NCBI GenBank assembly: GCA_002633005.1 | Contig: NMRA01000016.1 | Span: forward strand, 285,396-349,395 | Reading direction: 5' to 3' | Length of the DNA: 64,000 bases | Source of the DNA: Phoronis australis | Taxonomy: Eukaryota; Animalia; Phoronida | Shown here: positions 14,170 to 26,744 of the stretch, one piece after another | How positions within the stretch are numbered: position 1 is the stretch's first letter | Layout: every line of letters starts with the position of its first letter | The notes under the pieces: generated by a model | Seen by the model: the letters and a program-made list of their open reading frames with translations, nothing else | What the model was told of the DNA's origin: nothing | Database searches by the model: none | Position numbers and translations under genes: made by a program

Positions 14170-15823
14170 GACCAATGCACAGCAAGTCTTCATGATACAT
14201 TTAAAAGCTGTGCCGTTTAGGTGATAAGGCTAACGCTAAAGCATCCTGTTTCATACAATAGTAATTTAATTTTGCAAAGATCAACTAAAACCGAGTCCTG
14301 AAATAAGTGGAGTTAACACTTGTCGGACGTTTCCTGTAGTTAGACTTTTTTAAAAGTGGTATTTTGGCTTTAGTTATACCAATTCATTCAATGTTTAATC
14401 ATTCTTTGAAGTTGACAATTTTTGACAATACAATTTTAAGCACAGCACAGACCATGCTTTGTCAAAAAATAATCGACCTTAGCAATGCTTATCGAAGCAT
14501 ATGTTCAGCATGGCTCCGGAAGAATGTCTAAACACACTTCACACAACAAGCCAAGCTATAACATTTCAAAGACTGGATGTTTGGAATGCAATTTCTTTAA
14601 TTCGCTGAGTCAAGACAAAATCTACCTTCAAAGACGTTTTACTGAATTTTTCACGTGACGTCGGTGGCAATCTCAGTATTGAATATGGACACCCAGGAAA
14701 AGTACTGCTAGTTAAAATTGAAATAATACTGAGAAGTGCAGTTAATGTCAGCGTAATGGAATAATGTTTCAGCAGAAACTAAAAATCAACTTAGTTGTTA
14801 GTCGTTGTTAATATTGGCGTAAGCGGTGCTGCCATCTAGAGGTAAACAAGCGATGTGTTACCGCCCACTGTATCTTAGAACTGTATAAAAGAAACTTGTA
14901 TGATTACGTACACTGAAATTTGTGATCACAAGATGGAAGGCAGATTCCCAACAGCTGAAAGTTTCTGTTGAATTTTAATTGCCCACGTAAAATTAAAAAA
15001 CAGCACCACTCAGAACGAGGCTGTGTGTGAGGAAAAATACTGCTTACATTAAACACTGATACGCGAATATTGCGAAAGTGAGTAAAAACAAGTCCACGGA
15101 AATGCCCGTGTTTGTTTAAGTACATTAATCATCTACGGGAGCATTTTTTTCACGGCCCGAAATCAAATTCAAAATTTTTGACAATTTTTCATTCCACTTT
15201 CATGTCAAGATAAGTGTCTTTTTCTGTGCTCAAGTATTATCATGGTGATGACCCCTAAATGTGAACAAACTGGAGTAAAAATGCAAAATTTTGAGTAAAA
15301 ACTCGAGATTTTACGTTCAGACTCAAACCCATAATGTCAATAGTGGAGTCCTCAAATGAAAAACCAGATTAAACGTGCGCATGAACCGTCGTATGTATAC
15401 TTGAGCACCAAATAACAAACACACACTTCACACAAAAATACAACAGAAAATGTCAAAAATAATTTCCATATTGAGTATAAAGATAAGTTCTGCAGTGCAA
15501 TAATTTGTTGTTATTCAGGAGGTCAGCACAGAATTGATTGACATTCTATTCAATCACAGCCAAATGTTATCCGAATATGACCAGGTAGTTATGCCATCAT
15601 TCCTGAACAAAGATAAAACCTTCATGCAAAAATGAGCACGTAATTATTCTTCAAGGTTTCACACTGATCTTTTGTGCCACACAGACAACTACTACAAGTA
15701 AATACATAGCATGCAATAACTCACAGTAAACCAGTGATGGTACCATGTTACCATGGCAACTTCATGAGCGAAAGCATGTCTCGCAAGTAACCAGCACAGA
15801 GCGATAGTTTAAGACACTCTTAC

Positions 15824-15906
15824 CTTTTTGGACTTTTTGATCATGGGCTGAGGCTTGAGTTCATCTTCTGTGAACTTCCTCTTGCGAGGGTCAAAACCTT
15901 CTTGGC
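15824..15906 (-). CDS. HLF: PAR-bZIP exon (PAR domain / basic extension)
   Basis: tatacag| (G)QEGFDPRKRKFTEDELKPQPMIKKSKK |GTAAGA; signature PAR motif. Confidence 0.96.
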
Positions 15907-17700
15907 CTGTATAGTGAAAGGGAAGCAATTGGTTTGAGTAGAAATAGCCAGAGTTTATCATTTCCTGTTGGACACCCAGTGTTCCACCCAGGTGGTGACA
16001 GAACATATCTTGGAGATCGTACATGGTAGCTGAAGCACAGCGCTGCTTTCACAAAGGGACCAACTCTATGCTAATCTGTCTATGGCCACAGTAACAGTTG
16101 AAGGGGCAAGGCAGGTGCAAGTCGGAGGCAACAAGTCAAGTAGGGAGACTTTCTCAAAAACACGAAATATGGCTTAAATGGCCGAGGTAGAAAGTCTCGC
16201 AAGGTATGAGATAACACTCTTACTGTAACCACATGTTATATAGTGTGCTCAACAGGTTATTACAGTTTCATCATCGTTGCTACCCAATCACAAGGAGGTT
16301 GCCATGACAACAAGAGAAAAGTAATTTAGTTTTCAACACACCCTGACAGTATCACAGAGCTGCCCATACGACAAGGTAACACGTTTCTATCAAAGATTTG
16401 TGGACAACAGTCCGTCATAGGAGCTAATTGCTTGTGCCAATTATTCATTACAACACAATTTTTTGTTTTCTTTTATGAACGGACTGCTTGTAGAAGTTAC
16501 TGTACGCTATTCACACCAAATCTGACAAATCAACAACTAAATTAGAGGCCCCCAACAAGAATAATACGAATTGACGGCATAGTTGATGGCATATGTTTCA
16601 GAAACTACCTTTAAAACACGTCTACATAGGGAACTCAGATGGACAACACATATTGTTAGTGTGAAGTCAATCATGGATCTATAAAAACAATATACTTGTG
16701 ATATGTGCACGTCTGTGAAGCCAATAACCATAAACCTTGTTACAGTAGGAGAATTATGGAACATACACGTTTCCCGCCCTCTGTTGGATGCAAATGCAGT
16801 TATTTGTTCTCTGGTTTCATTGGCTGGCTTCATTCTGCTTTGGTGACCAGTGTCCCACAGCCCCACAATTATCTTACCGCAACAGGTCTATTACTGAAAT
16901 TCTACAGTATTTACCCACAATGCCACTCATTGGAAAGCTGCCACTCTAATCACTATATGACATAAAAATTGGTTCACAATCCATCACTCTAATACCTGAG
17001 GCTGATTATCCAAGAGTCTGTAGCCAAAAGTTGATTTTTGTCTCTTGGCTTTGGGTTTCAATCTTCTCCAGAGCAGGCTACAGACATTTGTTTTATGGCT
17101 TCGAGTTGTTAACAGATTTCCTGACTTTTAGCCTTAGGTTGATCTTAAGAAACAGGCTAAGCCATCCGGAGACTAATTTTTTCCCAAAAGACAATAGATT
17201 CTTTGTGTAACGCAACCCCCCNCCCCCCCGGTTTCTGTTTCACTACAACGTCGTAAATTTACAAAAATACATACTTTTACCAGATTAAGTCTGTAGCTTT
17301 GTAGATATTTGGCAAAATGCGGTGACTTGAAAATGCCACTCAGAATCTTAATTTGCTGCTGGGTACTTAATATACTGAATATCAACTGAGAGTATTGATT
17401 TTAGTAAGCAACGTGATTTTTACTATATACTCATCTGCCATTGATTGGGGCATGTAACCGTGTCTTTTCAGTAAAATTTAGCGAAATGTGCATTCACAGC
17501 AAAACAACGGTATCAGCAACAAGGATAAACTTCATTAAATATAAATATTAAAGGTCAAATCTTAACACTCTGCAAGAATTTTCTATATTATCATGGCATT
17601 TTCATAAAAATCATAGCAGTCCTATTTTTGAGAGCCCCTGTGGCAAAAGTAGAACGTTTTGAAAATGAATTCTTTTCAGAATTTTGAAGATCAGTGCACT

Positions 17701-18392
17701 GGGTATAGTATTTGAATCCAACTACAGTGGTGCACCCAACAGCGTTTTGGAGAATAGTGCATAAAGCATAGTGTTTAGTCAAACTTAGACATTTTTGCAG
17801 GGTCTTACACAAACTTCAAGTGTAGTCATTCGGTCTATTGCAAAAAAATCTTCAATGGGTGATTATAATTTCAAATAATTCCATAACAGGGGCATCTGAA
17901 TCAACGCGAAACAACCCAAAATTAGGAGCAGCACAAGTCGTCCATACATTGGTGGTTGACATCCACACAAAAACTTAATCAACATTGACGTTAAGAAAAA
18001 AACGAGATACTAAAATGCTATAACTGTCACTGCAGTGTTAGCATTCCTCTGAATTTTGATAAATGTTGTCCCAGCCCAAAAGGATGCGTGCTAAGTTAGA
18101 AGTTAGCGCCATCAAAGCAGAACAACCCACAACTGCATTGATAATGGTATGCTTCTAGGGGTACGTTAAAAATCAGTCTGAAACGAGACAAGTGCTTCCA
18201 TCTCTTTGATAACGGCCAAATTGTCACTAGGGACAACACAGTAGAAGGTCTTGTCTCAAGTCTAGGTCAGTTGTACCCTCCTCAACTAGAACACATATAC
18301 CGATCAAGGAACTTGGTAGATACTGGGGTACAGGCAAAAAACAAATTTACCACCAGGGTGCACCATCATGGTTGGATTTAAATACTATACTC
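17701..18392. mobile_element. MITE-like remnant
   Basis: gggtatagtatttgaatccaac...ggtgcaccc (17701-17737) is inverted to gggtgcacc...gttggatttaaatactatactc (18356-18392). Confidence 0.55.
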
Positions 18393-18584
18393 ATTGCACA
18401 ATACATATGAAACAACAATTTTAAAAAATAACGCCAAAAGAATTAAATCACGTTACTGATTCTAACGGTCTGTTATTCTGCAATTAATGTACCTTATTTT
18501 TCGCATAATTTTGCTAAAAAGCCATAGCCACATAATACAATTAGTGACAGACAGCTATTAAGTCAAAAATCAAATTCTTTTGGT

Positions 18585-19739
18585 TTTCTACTTTCGTTGA
18601 AAACACGACTAAACTTTTTGTTTGAAAGGTTGATACAGAGTCGCGCTAGTGTCGAAACAATCTCCTTTCTTCATAATTATGCAGTTATGTCGCACAACAC
18701 CGAGAGACATAGCAAACGAACAAACAAATTAAAACACTAGCTATATATTTCGATACTGCATGTCTCATCATCAGGCAATAAGGGGAATGAAGTGAAATAC
18801 ACGTGACAGGAGAGGGGCATACAAACAGAGAGTGTGAGTACATCGCATGACAGGAAGCCCACTCTCATGTTGACACTGAACATAGTACTAGTACCACTAA
18901 GAACATGCATTATAAGAACTGTATGTCTAATAATTATCTGAGAGACCAACATGTGGTTAAGAAGATTGTAAGGGATAACGTTAAGGTGGTCAAACCTGGT
19001 GATAGATTTAATGTAGTTATTTATTATCAGAATATAAAGTCACGTCACCTTGTCATGAAAAACAAGACCTCATGGAAGATTACGACCAGTAGCCAAATGT
19101 CATGTTATTTATCAATTCAAATGTCATATGGACGAAAACAGTCTCCTTAACGTTAACAGCGTTACATTGGACACATCCTGTATTCTCTCTCACGACGGTT
19201 GTCCATGCACTTGTAGGGCGAGTCCATTCAAGATCATTTTATACACCAACATGGCCGAAAAATAACTAGGCAAGAAATAGCAGACAATACCATCATTCGC
19301 TATGTTGAAAATGACACATTTCGGCTAAAGATTTTGGAATCGCTATTGATCAGTTACATAAAACCTGTGTTGAATGAGCAGCTCACAGGTGTGTACCGCA
19401 CGCTGGCTCTGTTTCAATAGGGTTGTGGGCTTCTTACCCTGTGTTGCATTCACACTGCTGCTGTCATGTGTATTTCACTGTTTATTTCGCTTCGAATATG
19501 TTCCTTCCATTTATTGCCTGATGATGAGACATGCAGTCTCAAAATGTAGCTGTGTTTTAAAGTGTTTGTTTGTTATGTCTCTCGGTGTTTTGCTACATAG
19601 CTGCATACCCGAAGAAAGGAGATTGTTTTGACACTACGAGCGACTCTGTATCAAGCTTTAAAACAAAACTTTAGTCGTGTTTTCAGTGAAGTTTGTGTTA
19701 ACGAAGGGCTCCTACCAAACTATTCTACTTTCTACTTTC
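18585..19739 (+). mobile_element. Truncated Penelope-like retroelement with inverted pLTR arms
   Basis: Frameshifted GIY-YIG C-terminus (YIGH..SLSRRLSMH...RLKILESLLI..KPVLNEQL); about 270-bp inverted arms (about 18590-18865 and 19425-19692); hammerhead motif; 11-bp TSD TTTCTACTTTC at 18585 and 19729. Confidence 0.85.
18738..18780 (-). ncRNA. Minimal type I hammerhead ribozyme motif
   Basis: Minus strand: ttgc CTGATGA t GAGAC atgca GTATC GAAA tata TA gc. Confidence 0.7.
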
Positions 19740-20163
19740 AGAAAATACATACTTTTAACGACTTAAATTCTATGGTTTTACTGAACGAGTGGCTAAATGT
19801 ATGTTCTAGTCAACTGAGTTACACAAAACATTGACAGATGTCTTCCAACTAACATGACAGTCCATCAAGAAATTCAGAAGATACTCAAAACCAAGAGGGG
19901 GCACCGTAGTAGTCATAATTCAAGAAGAACTCTCACACCATATTTCGTGATGACCCTCCAAAAAATTTGGCTAACAGAGAGGCAAATAAGACAGTGTGGA
20001 CACAATACCGTACCACACTTATCACAAAGAGGGGCCACACAGTTCAGAGCCACCTTCTAGCCTAAGGGTAAATACAGATCTGCCGTCAAATTACGTGAAA
20101 CTCCATCAAGGAAAAGAGTACACATAGAGGCAGATCACTATGATTTAGCAGTAATCTTTCTTG

Positions 20164-21026
20164 TATACATATTTCATTGAAGACACGACTTAAATCTGTT
20201 TTTACGAGTTTAATTTAACTCTCTAAATAGAGATATTGTCTTCACATCACAATAGTGCAATAAAAATCCAAACGACATCAGTAGGTAACAATTTAAAAAG
20301 CGATATTTCGTGACACATCTTCAGGCTACTATTTACTAGAAGTTCACATTGAAACGCACATCAGAAATGACAAATTCAATATAACACATGAGTTTACTTG
20401 TCCCGCGGTCGAATGTTTTCGTCCTCATCAGAAACAAAATTACATTGGCCACACAGTGTGTTCCTTGTCACGACGATTTTCAATGCATTTACATAACGGC
20501 TCCACAAAAGACCATTTTCAAAACGTTCATGGTCGCAAGATAACTCGTCAGGAGATTGTCAACAATACAGTCAGATACATTGAAAATGATGTACACAGGT
20601 TACGAACATTAGAGTCGCTTCTAATAATGTTTGAAAAACCCAGTTTGAATGAGCAGCTAACTGGAACTCGAAGGACTCTATCATTATTTAGGTGTTCTGT
20701 AGATTATGATGCACAGCTACGTGTGTGATGTGTATATTTATATATTTGTGTTTTTATCGTTATGGTTGCGCATGCCAATTTCATGTGTTATATTGCATTT
20801 GTCATTTCTGATGTGCGTTTCACTGTGAACTACTTATAAATAGTAGCATAAAGATGAGATATTTATCTCAAAATATCGCTTTTTGAATTATGTTACTTAC
20901 TGAAGTCGTTTTTTTTTATTGCACTGTTGTGATGTAAAGACAAGATCTCTATTTAGAGAGTTTGAAAGAACTGAAATTAAACAAGTAAAAACAGATCAAA
21001 GTCGTGTCTTCAATGAAATATGTATA
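20164..21026 (+). mobile_element. Second truncated Penelope-like element with inverted pLTR arms
   Basis: ORF 20456-20728 (YIGH..CSLSRRFSMH...RLRTLESLLIMFEKPSLNEQL) is homologous to element 1; about 170-bp inverted arms (20164-20335 and 20838-21026). Confidence 0.85.
20298..20330 (-). ncRNA. Minimal type I hammerhead ribozyme motif (short stem II)
   Basis: Minus strand: tagc CTGAAGA t GTG t CAC GAAA ta TC gct. Confidence 0.6.
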
Positions 21027-21451
21027 GACTGAGGCAGACGCAAACAAATACAATTCCCACCCGTGGGCAAATCAATAGTTGGATCCATGCGAAAATTGGA
21101 GGACGCTGTCCTCTCCTTGAAAAATCAGACTGCAAAATTTTGCACATAGATACGTTGGAGAGGTATGATTGGCAGGCAACGTGCAGCCAAAGAAGACAGT
21201 AACAGGCAACCCATATGTAGAAGTGGGGGAAAATAAAAATGTAACAAACTTAGATGTCATGCAGTAAAAACATGCTGAACATTATTTAGTGATAGAAGTG
21301 CACGTGTAACCAATTAAAACAAAAGCGTCTTTCAGTAGCAGTTTCTGATTTGGATATCCGTGCATCCTGTTGACGAGCAGTCAGTCGCTAATTATGCACG
21401 CATAACGACCAAACTAATTGCTTGTCTTAATTACTGACGATGATGAGTGAC

Positions 21452-21488
21452 TTACATAAAATAGCTTACATAAGCTGAATTTATGTAA
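21452..21488. promoter_or_regulatory. Triple D-box cluster
   Basis: TTACATAA 21452 and 21466; TTATGTAA 21481; E-box CACGTG at 21301. Confidence 0.7.
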
Positions 21489-21840
21489 GGCAAAAAATAA
21501 TGAGAAAAATATCCATCACTGTCCATTCGTTCAAAACAATCTGTTCCAGCTTCCTCTCACGTTTGTAAAAGAATCACGTCAATAAACATTAAACTCGTCA
21601 TTTTTCAATTCTTATTCCTTGATCCACTAGAAACAGCAAAATTAGTTGCGACGTTCACACGCAGACATTACGTCTAGAACATAGTAAAATTTTAGCAAAA
21701 AACAAGCTGAAGTTATGAGTAAAACTACCCGTTTTCAGTTGCTTGAACGACACAAGCAAACAGTCCACATTGGACATTTGGAAATGTACAACATCAAAAT
21801 TGACATGGTTTGTTCACGTTTTAACTCTGACTCAACATAC

Positions 21841-21915
21841 CTGGTATGGTAACCAAGGTGACTTCCTGCTCAGCGGTACTTGGTTCGTACGACGTCTTGG
21901 GCTCCGGGCGAGTCT
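21841..21915 (-). CDS. HLF: PAR-bZIP exon (start of PAR domain)
   Basis: Not in ORF track. ttgtag| ...TRPEPKTSYEPSTAEQEVTLVTIP(G) |GTATGT; 75 nt, phase 1-1; aligns with HLF YEPDPADLALSSIPG. Confidence 0.88.
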
Positions 21916-22832
21916 CTACAACGTAACAGCGAAACAACAATAGAGACGTCTGGCATTAGCAAAATCAGTTTGCAGATATTATCCCACATTCACTAGTCAA
22001 AAGATTAGCCAGCAAAAGGGCACATAACTGATAAATTTTCATCCATTTGACATAATATAGAATGATCTAGATTGGATTTTTATTTGGGAAATTTCTACAC
22101 AAAGTCATTATTCAGAAAGGCCTACAATGATAAAATCTCGCCGATTTTGGACACATAACAACAGAAATGTCTCATTTTGTGAAAGACATGTCTTGAACCA
22201 AACAAATGCTTTTCTACGTTCAGGTGCTGCACTGTAACTACAATTGGATAATTGCCAATTTTCCATTATTTTTAATTTAAAGAATGGAAAATATAGCATA
22301 AGCTGCCTTGACACCTACAAAGTAAACACCATGCTATTAATCTCTTTTTTTGTGAAGTAATTTGACCCACTAAAATTTCACTTGTCGGCCATATTGTGAG
22401 CTGAATAAGTGAAGAATTACTATATTTTGAACATTCTCATCTGTGACATAACAGATGTCACTACCAGTTAACAGGCTGTCAGTTTGTATTCGTTCAGAAA
22501 GAAAAACAAAAAATCAGTCAAACTTCATGGATTCTTTAAATATGATATGCTATCTCTTTAATTGGTCATTGCTAACCTTAGAAATACTTTGCACGCATTT
22601 TTCAAGCAGAAATCACAAGATTCTGTTCCATGAAAATGACTTGAAACTTGAAAGTTGATCTTACACTCCCAATTCATAATTGCTGAAAAACGGTTTAGCT
22701 AAGTAATTATGAGCGCATCACAGTCAAAAAAATTGTTTAGTAGCTTGCAGTTGCGTGATTATTCTCAAGCAACACGCTAAGATTTAATTGTTTTTTCGGA
22801 AATAAGTGTGTGGAGCATAAAACCAAATTTCT

Positions 22833-22854
22833 GACTTACGTAAGTCTTATGTAA
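22833..22854. promoter_or_regulatory. Double D-box
   Basis: 14-bp palindrome GACTTACGTAAGTC directly followed by TTATGTAAC. Confidence 0.7.
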
Positions 22855-25385
22855 CATCTCATGAAACAGATCCAGCAGTTGTTTTTAGGCTATACAGAAC
22901 TATTCAAAGCAAAAAATGCCACTTTTCGTAAAAAGGCAGTCACAAGATAGCAGTGCAAATAACTTCTTCAGATTTTCATTCATGGTCGATTTAAAAACGA
23001 AGCTTTTATGGGTTGAGTGTGGCCATTTGAAAACTTTTCTGGTGGAACGAGAGTGGACTTCAAGAACAATGAGAAAAACAATCGTGGGTCAAACTTCCCA
23101 AGAGTGAGGGGAAATGAGTAATTTCCAAAATGTTTTGGTTTTAACCAGGCCCTAGTGATGCCATATTGCTGTGTCTGCATCTGAAGCTGAGAGGCAAGAC
23201 AATCACTAGGAAACATAACCACATGATCAAGGCGTGCATTCTTAGAAACTCCTTGCACCGTCTTAAAACTATTTCTTCTACTTTTATTGGTACCAAGGTA
23301 ACATAAGCTCATTCATTCAGAGATGCACTGAAGAGGAAGCCAGGACTTTTTCTATCTTACCAGTCTACCAGTCATGAACAAAAAGAACCATAGCAGTCCA
23401 CCGCTCCTTGAAATATTCACAAATCCAGTTTTTGATGAAATGGGCACTGGCATAGGGAGAAACAAGCAACTTAAGACAAAACGTGCTTCAAATGTTCTTA
23501 CTCTGAGTATAATCATTTTGTTTTCGGCATCATATTGAGAACTACCTTAGTGTGTCAGGCCCCCCCCCACCAATAGAATCATCAGGGGTTATACTAATGA
23601 TTGGAGCCTACGATCAACACTGCGTACTGAGATGTGGTACCATCACCATGTCATTAACAACAAAGCTACAATCGATGGTCAATATTACTGCTTAGAGAAA
23701 AATAAGAAGTGAGAGCCCATACGCATTCGTGCCACCCATTTGGCAGACTTATACCAACCCTTTCAGCTTCAAACACATTTGAGAACACCTCTACTGCAAG
23801 TTCACATAGACCTTCTCCACGCAGTCGTCATTTTAGTAGTGAGCCTCTTTTTAGGTTTAAATAAAACCGCATTTGAGACAAAAATATATTAATGAGGCAC
23901 GCCGTGATTTAGTGCAGAATGCACTTTTTTAAAACCTAAAAAGGCTCACTTTTAAAATGTTGACTGTGTGAATAAGGTGTATGTTGTAGGGAAAGTGATC
24001 AAGCAATCAGTAATGATGTAGCTTCAGGCCAAATTTGATCAAAATCTTGTTAAGGTTAAAGGAACTAATGCAATGACTGTCTTCCATGTCTCGCGGACAG
24101 AGGATGAACAAAATAGCCCGTGCTATTTCAGGATACGCGCATAAAAATAACCAAAAGTGTAGCCAACGTCGTCATAATTAACATAAAATGCTGGAGGTTA
24201 TTTACTGCATATCAGGCATTTTTCAAAGCCTAATAGCGGGAAGCTTCCGCCATTTTTTTAAAACATCACTAGAAGAAACGGATAGAAAAGATTAGGCTTT
24301 ACCTATAATTGCAAGTTGATAAAAACACTGGACTATATAACTACAAAATTGAAAACCTTGGTATATGATTGGCTTCATCTATTTGCGTTGAAACTACGAT
24401 GCAATGATTTCTGTGATAATATTTCAAAGGACACAGCTTGACTAATGGTAATCTATTCAATTTCGCACACGCACAATTGCCAAAATCGAAATTTTCCAAT
24501 TTTCAATGCCAGATTTCAACGCCAAAATATTCAAAATTTACCACCTTTTGTTTTATGATAGCTGCTCTGAACACTCCCTGTTTATGATGAAGTCAATTTT
24601 TCTCAACAACATATATTTTTCTAAGCAAAATAAAATTCCACATCCGCCATAGTGTGACGAGGCAGGGCACTTGTCATTCATGTGCACTGTTTCAGCGATA
24701 TCATGCATACACATGGTTAACCTTACATTATTTTAGAGCCATGTACACTGACAACAGTTTTAGCACGGGCATAAGTCATATTTTGTTAAAGTTCAAATGC
24801 ACAAGATTGTTTGTCGGAACTACGACAGTGCTTTGGGTTACCAGTATATGCAGGCAGGGGAAAGAAGCAAGGCTGAAGACTATGTAGGACCTTTGTGAGA
24901 AATTTAAGAACTACTGGAATTACGTCAGCAAAAGCATATTTTATGAAAGTTGAGAGCCAGCATATTTACCTTATGTTTATACCAGTGTCATTAATTGGGT
25001 TGCGTGACCACGTTTTATCAGTAAAATTAAGATAAATCTCAAAAATCCTGAGATTTCTAAAGGATCATTTTGCTTTCGTTTTATGCAACTGTCGATTTTT
25101 TTCATCCAAATCGTATCGCCCCTTGTGCAAAATTACAGCATTTTCAAAACAATTCCTAAGTGTTTTAAAGAACAGTACACGAAACACACTATCTGAGAGG
25201 TGAATCTCATCAGCCATTTCTGATATAAGATGTTCTAAAGTTAGCGCAATTTGGACATTTTTTTATGGTCCTACATAACCCGAAGAAGCAAAAGAACGAG
25301 AAGAAGCTGAAAATGTTCGTGTTTGTCCGCCTGCAACGGAAACTGTTCCGAATGCAGCTGAACTGGCATCATTGTCGCAACTTAC

Positions 25386-25427
25386 CATGAATTTCTGCAA
25401 CTGCGCTGTTGGCTGACTGAAGGAAAT
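25386..25427 (-). CDS. HLF: Candidate 42-nt PAR-bZIP microexon
   Basis: ttaatcttcctag| acceptor and ATG|GTAAGT donor; phase 1-1 and open (NFLQSANSAVAEIH). No homology support. Confidence 0.5.
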
Positions 25428-26477
25428 CTAGGAAGATTAATGGCTCGTTACTGGCACCAGACAAAAATGTACCCAGGGAAAAAGGGGGAAAGGACTCCAG
25501 GGTTACTGATTCTACGAGCCTGAGAAGGATTTTATGGACAATCTTTGTACAAAATTAAGAATAATTCAAAACAAGCATGATGTAAAAAACATCCATAATC
25601 ACAAGCGACAGTTTGCCAAAACGCCACAAGAGTAAAGCAGTGACTGTTTGCAGCATTCTCTAATTCATGAATTTCGAATCAAATAACAGATTATTCAATT
25701 AAAAATATTCACTTTGCATTAATTTTTCATTAAAATGGCATCACAAAATAGCGCGTGATATCGAACATCTTGTCTTTATTCATATCAAGTTAATTTATTT
25801 CACAACCCCAACAACTGAACACTCTGATCATCTGGCAAGGGTTGCATAAAATTCAATGTTATCCGTGACGTTAAGTAAAATATGTGGGCGCATAAAAATG
25901 CTTCTTTACGGCAACATAAGAAAATGAAAAAAGTGAGTAAAATAATTAGAGCTCATAAGACAAAAAATTCATCGTGCAATGAAATTAATATGTTTTCAAA
26001 AAGATTTCAGTCCTTACTTTAATCAGAGGTGGCTCTTTAGAGCGGAACCCGTGTGAAAATTTCACATTTTTGTCAGAGATTCCTCTGTTTTGTGGATTAC
26101 AATGGAAAAACTCATCCTATGACCCCACTTTGTTTTGCAGATTTGAAGTAGGCAAAGACCAAAGTACAAAAAAATATTTTTTAACATATTGGATCATAAA
26201 TTAAAACTGCCTAACTCCTTAATGGAGGGCATGGACACAAAAGTGTCGTGTACGAATGTCTAGAACTTTCCGTACCGAACAGAAACTGATAAGTTCTGCC
26301 GGGGAAAAAGAATGGACACATAATGTCCCTTTTGGAGGCCACACTAAACCACAAGTATGGAAAATATGACAAAACACCACTACGGGAAGGGCACAATTAT
26401 ATGTTAGTGTATATGTAGATGTTGACAGAAACTGGAGGTTAGCATTGCGTTTTCACTGTACAGTAAATCTCACTCAC

Positions 26478-26744
26478 TAGGTGCTGGTGGCAATGTGGGC
26501 GAAACCACATGGCTCGCACAGGCTTGACTGACAGGTGATGACCCACGGGAGGGTTGAAGCATCTGCTCCTCATGACCACCAGATGGCAGTAGGTCATTCT
26601 CATCAAAGAACTCCTGCAGTCCCAGACTCTCTAGCTTGAAATCTTCTTCGTCAAAAGGCAGAGTCTTGTCCCAAAGGACAGGCCCCAAGAAGGCAGACGA
26701 AAAGTCAAAGGTTGAGTCATCTTCGAGAATCTTCTCCTTATCAC
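26478..26744 (-). CDS. HLF: PAR-bZIP coding exon 2 (activation domain)
   Basis: ttacag| acceptor; (G)DKEKILEDD...SAFLGPVLWDKTLPFDEEDFKLESLGLQEFFDEN matches the HLF/TEF AFLGPxLWDKTLP motif; donor A|GTGAGT, phase 1. Confidence 0.93.

Noticed and set aside
15907-16024. N-terminal part of ORF 15809-16024 as coding
   Set aside because: Lies upstream of the acceptor at 15907; the true upstream exon is 21841-21915.
20489-20496. D-box inside Penelope element 2 (also 5181/7964)
   Set aside because: Isolated hits within repeat-derived sequence; likely incidental.
23355-23400. Donor CTG|GTAAGA as an extra PAR-bZIP exon
   Set aside because: No good acceptor or compatible open phase-1 frame found.
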